A stretch of DNA of 64,000 nucleotides, from the sequence record NZ_CP092111.1; one strand, written 5' to 3'. The first letter of the stretch is position 1, and the number at the start of each line of letters is the position of its first letter. Position numbers and translations under genes: made by a program. Under the pieces are notes generated by a model that searched no databases, was not told the DNA's origin, and saw only the letters and a program-made list of their open reading frames with translations. Origin of the DNA: a plasmid. Below, piece by piece: positions 58,014 to 64,000 of this stretch.

Positions 58014-59930
58014 ATGTCAATAAAGAAACTATCGGTGCTGTTTAGTATTTTTTTGATTGCTTTGAGCTCGATCTTCTCGTTTGCAGGGAACAAAGCTTTT
58101 GCAGATTCATTTGCGGGAGACCCTAATACTAAAGTTACTGGATGGGCGTTTGATGAGAGTATCGGCGGATACCTGCCTACCGAGCAAATCAAGTCAGTAA
58201 GTGATCCGACCAGATTTGCCTATTGCCTGGAGCCTGGAAAACACTCTCCTGACCATGTAGATATGCCATCTGCAGGACAAATGAATGACAAGGTATATCG
58301 GGTTCTGTCATATGGATATCCAAACGCTACAGCGAGCGAATTAGGAGTTAGTAGCAATGCCAAGGCTCATTATGCCACGCAAATTGCAATTTGGCTTACA
58401 ATCGGTGAGGTGAAAGCTTCCAATCTTACCTACAGTGACAATAGCATCGAAAAGGCGGTTCAGCACCTTTTAAATAAAGCTGCAAGCGAAAAAGATACAC
58501 AGAATGTCAGTGTTACAGTAACTCCGGACAATGCGAAAGCATCTGTGAAAGGAGACTATCTCGTAACTGAGCCGTATACAGTAAAAAGCTCTGCAACAGG
58601 TACATACACTGTTTCTTTGTCTGGTGCTCCAAAGAATGCAGTTGTAACAGATGTAAATGGGAAAGTAAAATCAACATTTTCAGCAAACGAGCAGTTTAAA
58701 ATCCAGTTGCCAAAAAATACTCCGACAGACAAAGTCAAAGTTACTGTTAATACTGAAATGAACAAGCTTGTATCAATGCAATACAATTCAGATGGGACCT
58801 ATCAAAACATTGTGTCTTTAAAAGAGGTTAAAAAGAATGTTGAGGTCGGTGTCTCTGCTTCATGGGAAACAACTGGTGCCCTTCAAATATTAAAAGTGAC
58901 AGAGGACAATGCACCGTTAACGGGAGTTATCTTTGACATTTTTGATCAAAGTGGTGAGAAAGTAACTTCAGTTCAAACAGATAAAAACGGTAAAGCTACT
59001 GCTTCCAAATTGCCGATTGGTAAATATACAGCGGTGGAAACGAAAACTGCTGAGGGTTTCATTTTAGATCAAGAGCCCAAAACAGTTACCGTAAATGCAG
59101 ATGAAACAACTACACTTTCCATCATAAACAAAAAAATTCGTGGAAATGTTGAATTGAAAAAAATTGATACTGATAGCAAGAATTCATTAGAAGGTGCTGT
59201 TTTCGAGCTCTTCAATAATAAAGGAAAAGCAATTGGCCAATACACAACTGATAAAGAAGGAAAAATCCTGATTAAGAATTTAGAATATGGATCATATTCA
59301 TTTGTTGAAAAGAGCGCACCTAATGGCTATGTTTTAAACACTGAGCCAATTAATTTTGAAGTCAAAGAAAATAAAAAAACTGTGCAAATTCAAGCAGATA
59401 ACAAAATGATTACCGGCTCGCTAGAAATTACGAAAACCGATGTGGCAGACGGTAATACTCGCTTAAAAGGTGCAGAATTTACTATCTTTAATGAAAATGG
59501 TGAAGAGGTTGCCAAGGGGAAAACAGATAAAGATGGTATAGCTCGTTTTGATAATTTACCATTTGGCCAATACACTTATAAAGAGACATTTGCGCCAAAA
59601 GGATATTTAATCAATGAGGAAACATTTTCTTTTGAGATCAAAGAAAATGGCCAAATCATTAAACACATGGTGGCTGATAAGAAAAAAGCTGTTGCCGCAG
59701 CTCCAGTTTTCGAAAAAGCTTCACCTGTCGTGAAAACAGAAAAAGTGCAAACTGTTATTAAACCGGTTCAGAATACTGTCAAAGAAGAACAGCCGGTTAA
59801 AGAAAACACATTGCCGAACACTGGAAATCCTAATCAGTACCGAGCTGTAATGATTGGCCTTTTCTTAATCATTATCGGTGCCGCATGGTATTTGTTAAAG
59901 CGTAAAAAGACACAATCTGATAGTGAGTAA
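58014..59930 (+). CDS. LPXTG-anchored surface adhesin with N-terminal thioester domain (TED) and tandem CnaB/SpaA-type domains
   Basis: Signal peptide. TED Cys motif AYCLEP and Gln motif TQIAIW. Three or four Ig-like CnaB repeats (e.g. GAEFTIFNENGEEVAKGKTDKDGIARFDNLPFGQYTYKETFAPKGY). C-terminal LPNTG + TM + KRKK. Confidence 0.75.
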   Translation: MSIKKLSVLFSIFLIALSSIFSFAGNKAFADSFAGDPNTKVTGWAFDESIGGYLPTEQIKSVSDPTRFAYCLEPGKHSPDHVDMPSAGQMNDKVYRVLSYGYPNATASELGVSSNAKAHYATQIAIWLTIGEVKASNLTYSDNSIEKAVQHLLNKAASEKDTQNVSVTVTPDNAKASVKGDYLVTEPYTVKSSATGTYTVSLSGAPKNAVVTDVNGKVKSTFSANEQFKIQLPKNTPTDKVKVTVNTEMNKLVSMQYNSDGTYQNIVSLKEVKKNVEVGVSASWETTGALQILKVTEDNAPLTGVIFDIFDQSGEKVTSVQTDKNGKATASKLPIGKYTAVETKTAEGFILDQEPKTVTVNADETTTLSIINKKIRGNVELKKIDTDSKNSLEGAVFELFNNKGKAIGQYTTDKEGKILIKNLEYGSYSFVEKSAPNGYVLNTEPINFEVKENKKTVQIQADNKMITGSLEITKTDVADGNTRLKGAEFTIFNENGEEVAKGKTDKDGIARFDNLPFGQYTYKETFAPKGYLINEETFSFEIKENGQIIKHMVADKKKAVAAAPVFEKASPVVKTEKVQTVIKPVQNTVKEEQPVKENTLPNTGNPNQYRAVMIGLFLIIIGAAWYLLKRKKTQSDSE

Positions 59931-59988
59931 GATGACATAGAGAGACAGCTGTTTGCTGTCTCTTTCTTATACGGAGGTTTTTTAAGAC

Positions 59989-60585
59989 ATGAAGTCTAAA
60001 CTTTTTCCTGTTTTTTTGTTAATTGTTGGACTGTTGGTAGCTTGGTTTGGGGGCGGAAAAGACATAATATCGAGCAAGCAGAAAACAAACACATCTCTTG
60101 CTGAAGCGAAAGAAATCATAAAAGAAAGCAAGACAGAGAAAGCTTCTGAAAACAATAAGCAAGAAGGAAAAAACGAATCATTCCAAGTGAAAAATGGTGA
60201 AACGGTTGGGATTCTCTCTATTCCCAAAATTGATGCTGAACTACCGATTGTGGAAGGTACTGCAGCAGAAGACCTGAGTAAAGGCGTTGGTCATTATAAA
60301 GGCAGCAGCTATCCGAATGAGAATGGGCAAATTGTTCTTTCGGGCCATCGGGATACAGTTTTTCGGCGCACTGGTGAGCTAAAGCATGGCGATACTCTTA
60401 AACTAAGTTTGTCTTACGGAGAATTTGAATATAAGATTACAGATACTAAAATTGTTGATGAGAATGACACTTCTGTTATTACTCTGCAGCATAAAGAAGA
60501 AGAATTGATACTGACGACATGTTATCCATTTTCATACATAGGAGACGCACCAGAGCGTTATATCATATATGCTGCTCCTATTTAA
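59989..60585 (+). CDS. sortase (dedicated to the adjacent LPNTG adhesin)
   Basis: N-terminal TM. His in LSGHRD. Active-site TLxTC as LILTTCYPF. Conserved Arg near the C-terminus. Confidence 0.75.
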   Translation: MKSKLFPVFLLIVGLLVAWFGGGKDIISSKQKTNTSLAEAKEIIKESKTEKASENNKQEGKNESFQVKNGETVGILSIPKIDAELPIVEGTAAEDLSKGVGHYKGSSYPNENGQIVLSGHRDTVFRRTGELKHGDTLKLSLSYGEFEYKITDTKIVDENDTSVITLQHKEEELILTTCYPFSYIGDAPERYIIYAAPI

Positions 60586-60684
60586 TTAGGCGCTTATGAA
60601 ATGTTTATTTGTATTGACAGACAGGTAGTGGAAAGATAAGATTTACACAATGATAAGTCAATTTCCACAAGGAAGGTAAGTTTT

Positions 60685-60846
60685 ATGTCTGCAAATAATG
60701 AAGTGACTGCAAAGATTTCGAAAAAAACGGACGATATGCTGGATGAGTTAAAATTGGAATCGAAAAAAAATGGTGAAAAAAAATACAAAAAAGAACTTAT
60801 GGAGACTGCAGTTACTGAATATTACAATAAAATTTTTAAAAAATAG
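60685..60846 (+). CDS. hypothetical small charged protein (53 aa)
   Basis: ATG at 60685 after AAGGAAGG. Not in the supplied ORF track (<60 aa). Confidence 0.3.
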   Translation: MSANNEVTAKISKKTDDMLDELKLESKKNGEKKYKKELMETAVTEYYNKIFKK

Positions 60847-60879
60847 ATACTGTATTAAAAGGAAGCTGTCACCAAGATA

Positions 60880-61620
60880 GCTTCTTTTTTTACCTTTAGT
60901 AGCCAGGACGGTCCATTGCCTGCCCTGGACAAAAAAAGCCGGTGCTGGTCGGCTCCGGAATCCTGGTGCCCCGCAGCTTCGATGAGCCGCAGAGACTTCA
61001 TGGCGCGGCGCTGCCGGTGCGGCCCTGATCGGCCCCGTAAACGCGGGGCGTTTTCTCCTTCAGATGCTCTCCTGCTGGCGCCGGATCGGGGCCGACGGCC
61101 GCGGAGCTCCTTCAGCAGCCAGGGTGTCCCGTTGCCTGCCCTGGACACAAAAAAGCCGGCGCCTGGCTGGTTCCGGAATCTGGTGCCCCGCAGCTTCGAT
61201 GAGCCGCAGAGACTTCATGGCGCGGCGCTGCCGGTGCGGCCCTGATCGGCCCCGTAAACGCGGGGCGTTTTCTCCTTCAGATGCTCTCCTGCTGGCGCCG
61301 GATCGGGGCCGACGGCCGCGGAGCTCCTTCAGCGGTAAAGGGCGTCCCGTTGCCGGCCACAAAAAAGCCGGCGCCCGGCCGGTTCCGGAATCCGGTTGCC
61401 CGCAGCTTCGATGAGCCGCAGAGACTTCATGGCGCGGCGCTGCCCGTGTGGCCCTGATCGCCCCGTAAACGCGGGGCGTTTTCTCCTTCAGATGTTGCCC
61501 TGCCGACGCCGATCGGACCGACGGCCGCGGATCTCCTTCAGCAGCCAGGGTGTCCCGTTGCCTGCCCTGGACACAAAAAAGCCGGCGCCTGGCCTGATCT
61601 GGAGTCTTGCTGCTCCTGCC
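60880..61620. repeat. GC-rich composite hairpin repeat locus (A-type, inverted orientation), ~3 units; abuts truncated rap
   Basis: Reverse-orientation units: ...CGGCCCCGTAAACGCGGGGCGTTTTCTCCTTCAGATGCTCTCC.... Confidence 0.8.
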
Positions 61621-61953
61621 GCAAGGTCTACGATCTTTCCAAGAGGAACCATCCCCCTATGCATTCTTGAACGCCCTGTAAACGTGGTGTGTCTTTCGTC
61701 ATCAGCGTGTACACTCCTTATTGTCGCGCTGTTCCTGTGCTGATGGTTCCTGAAATAAGGATATTCCTTACTAAAAAAGAAAAGTAATGATAAAGTTATT
61801 CATACAAAGAGTGAAAAGAGGGATTTGAATTGGCAGATTTTATTGTGAATAAGGCAGGAGCAAAGGTTTATAGTAATAGGCCTCAATTCCGGCTTCCGAT
61901 ATACCGAAGGTCTGTCACTTTTCAACCTCGGAATCTGTTTTGAACGACAAAAA

Positions 61954-62376
61954 ATGTTCATCGAAGCTTCAAATTGCTTTAAACAAGCGATAAGGATTCC
62001 AGAGCACTTAGCATCTTATGTTGGTACACGCTCCACTTATATGTTGAGTAAAGTTCTATTTCAACTGGGAGCTTATGAAGCCGCCCAATCATGGTATGAA
62101 AAAGCTCTGAAAAGAGCCACGGATGAAGGAGAACAGGAGTATCTGGCGAAATTAAAACTTGTATACTCTTTGTATGCGGAGCAAAATGACCAAGAAGTGA
62201 GAAAAAATCTTCATGTCCTTGATGATATGAAACTTTGGACAGAAACAGCCGATCTTTCACTCGAAATTGCTGAATACTATAAGAGTAAGGCTGATCTTGA
62301 AAAAGCCGCGTATTACTTTGAACACGGTCATTTTGCCAAGGACAAAATCATTAAAATATCGGAGGCGTTATTATGA
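61954..62376 (+). pseudogene. rap: Truncated rap (C-terminal ~140 aa only)
   Basis: Aligns to the C-terminal third of the 55388-56539 Rap (EGEQEYLAKLKLVYSLYA... vs EGEAEYLAKFNIVHALYG...). The N-terminal ~240 codons are missing and GC-rich repeats lie immediately upstream. Confidence 0.65.
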
Positions 62377-62501
62377 AGAAAAAAACACTTCTGCTCACTC
62401 TGCTAACTGTGTCAGCTTTGTTGCTGGTCTCTCCTACCTTTGCGAACGATACAACCCTTTCAAGTAAACCCATTCAAATTGCAGAAAAAGCAGTATTTAT
62501 T
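62373..62501 (+). CDS. phr: Phr-like secreted peptide precursor (42 aa)
   Basis: MKKKTLLLTLLTVSALLLVSPTFANDTTLSSKPIQIAEKAVFI: signal peptide plus short pro-region, overlapping the stop of the truncated rap. Confidence 0.5.
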
Positions 62502-62519
62502 TGAGGTCTGACATTCAAC

Positions 62520-63480
62520 AAAAAAGGCGGACTCTTGAAAAAAGAGCCTGTCTTTTTTGTTTTTTCCTCGCTTCTACGCTTCAGCAAACAATCGTGAATG
62601 CCTGGCATTTTCGTTCCGATCGGCCGGACCGCCCCCCGAACCTGCAAAATGCAGGTTCGTATCTGCAATGCGCTCGCCTTTCGGCTGGAGCCGTTTTCTC
62701 TCATCTTCAGCTGTACGCTTCCGCAGGTGGACTGTGAACGCCTGGCGGTTTCTCATCAATCGCCAGGGGGGCTGCCAAGGTATTCCTGAGTTGACACCCA
62801 CCGCAACCTACGACACATGGCCATGAAAAAAACGGACGTCTTCCCGCTGATCTGTGAAAAAATAGGATTGAACACTGACCGTTTAATTTTTGAAACGGTC
62901 GGAATGCTTTCGAAAGGATGGCACTTGGTCACGAAGAAGTGTTCTGGTATCCGAATGCCACCGGCTCCAGTTTATCTTCAGCTACCAACTTCTGCAGGCG
63001 GGCCGTGATCGCCCATGTTTTACTTATCGATCACCGGGGACGCCGGTGGATTTCCTGAATTGATACCGTGTGGGGCGTTCCTGACCATGAAAAAGCCGGT
63101 TGCTCTCCGATCGGCCAAATCGGGTTGCTGAGACGCGATCCCCGAATCTGCAAAATGAAGGTTCGTAACTGCAATGCGCCCGCTTTTCGGTCGTTTCCGG
63201 ATTCTGTTCATCTCCAGCTGTCGGCAGCCGCAGCCTACGACACATGGCCATGAAAAAAACGGACGCCTTTCCGATGATCTGGACTGAAAAAATAGAATTG
63301 AACACTGACCGTTTAATTTTTGAAACGGTCGGAATGCTTTCACAGGAGGGCTGCTATCGGATGTTCTACAGCTGTTGTCAGGCTGGCGCTTGGTCACGAA
63401 AAAGTGTTTTGGGCTCCGAATGCTACCAGATCCAGCCTATCTTCAGCTGCCGCGTCTCCACAGACGGTCACAAAGTGAAT
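62520..63480. repeat. Second repeat family: two tandem ~460-bp units with several hairpins
   Basis: Unit 1 ~62560-63010, unit 2 ~63060-63480. Shared blocks: CTGCAAAATGCAGGTTCGTA(T/A)CTGCAATGCGC, ACGACACATGGCCATGAAAAAAACGGACG, GAACACTGACCGTTTAATTTTTGAAACGGTCGGAATGCTTTC. Confidence 0.75.
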
Positions 63481-63481
63481 T

Positions 63482-64000
63482 TTATGCCTCTACACATAAT
63501 GATTTTGCGGTTTGAACGAGGCTGCTTATACCCCTGCTGTCCATTAGACGAAAAGGTTTTTCGTACTTCTTAGCAAATTCTTTGGCTTTTTCAGCTGTGG
63601 GATGATTAATATTTAACTTCATCGTAATTAACATATCACAGCCTTTTATCATGCTTTCAAGCCGTTTCGTATCTTCATTTCCGTAAGCATGGATAAGCTC
63701 TCCTCCAATACTTACTATCGCTTTTTCAAATTCTGCTGTTCTTCCCTCTCCACCTAATAATAAGACCTTTTTACCTTTCAATTCATTTGTTTCCTTGGTA
63801 TCCGATTTAGGATTTTTGATTTTATAGTTAGAAGAAGGCAAAGGGGGCACGTGAGGCGATCCTTCTGTATTATGCTTCCATATCACTTTGAACACATCTA
63901 TATTGTTACTATAATAAGCAATATCAACAATTGAGCCTACTTCAAGGTCTTCCTTAATGCGCGCCTCGTTGTTGATAAGGAAAGTATGTGGAACATCATT
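63482..64000 (-). CDS. paralog-family protein, C-terminal part (gene continues past the right edge)
   Basis: C-terminal domain KKVLLLGGEGRTAEFEKAIVSIGGELIHAYGNEDTKRLESMIKGCDMLITMKLNINHPTAEKAKEFAKKYEKPF. DNA ~85 % identical to 13255-13770. Confidence 0.6.
   Translation of the reverse strand, partial: NDVPHTFLINNEARIKEDLEVGSIVDIAYYSNNIDVFKVIWKHNTEGSPHVPPLPSSNYKIKNPKSDTKETNELKGKKVLLLGGEGRTAEFEKAIVSIGGELIHAYGNEDTKRLESMIKGCDMLITMKLNINHPTAEKAKEFAKKYEKPFRLMDSRGISSLVQTAKSLCVEA

Overview
AT-rich (~36-38 % GC) Firmicutes (Bacillus-type) DNA that reads as a large conjugative plasmid or ICE of the pLS20/ICEBs1 kind. Supported content: (i) a + strand 'leading-region-like' block (1-10 kb) with an orphan C5 cytosine methyltransferase carrying four tandem TRD-like repeats, a RadC/JAB protein, a CoiA-like protein, a NucB-type nuclease and several small unknown genes, three of which sit behind a copy of one repeated promoter+leader cassette; (ii) an inverted-repeat-bounded cassette carrying a plasmid-borne hfq paralog; (iii) an actin-like partition operon (Alp7A/ParM-like ATPase plus small adaptor) beside a GATATC-iteron array and an AEP-type primase/Rep gene; (iv) a complete Gram-positive T4SS operon (VirD4-like coupling ATPase, VirB4-like ATPase, VirB6-like channel protein, bifunctional CwlT-like muramidase/NlpC-P60 hydrolase, small membrane proteins); (v) an accessory island (37-45 kb) in which six transcription units (second RadC, a second NucB-type nuclease operon, many small unknown proteins) share one palindromic operator/promoter and a conserved 5' leader, with a candidate small RNA complementary to that leader; (vi) AbrB-like, short tyrosine recombinase, VbhA-like, second CoiA-like, Rap-Phr quorum module, a thioester-domain LPXTG adhesin with its own sortase, and a truncated second rap-phr. 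About 12 % of the window is a family of GC-rich (~65 % GC) ~215-bp hairpin-rich tandem repeats at ten intergenic loci; one of these abuts the truncated rap. A three-member paralog family (one copy cut at each window edge) and a pair of MerR-like paralogs are also present. No rRNA, tRNA or CRISPR array was seen. All calls rest on motif recognition by eye; no database search was possible.
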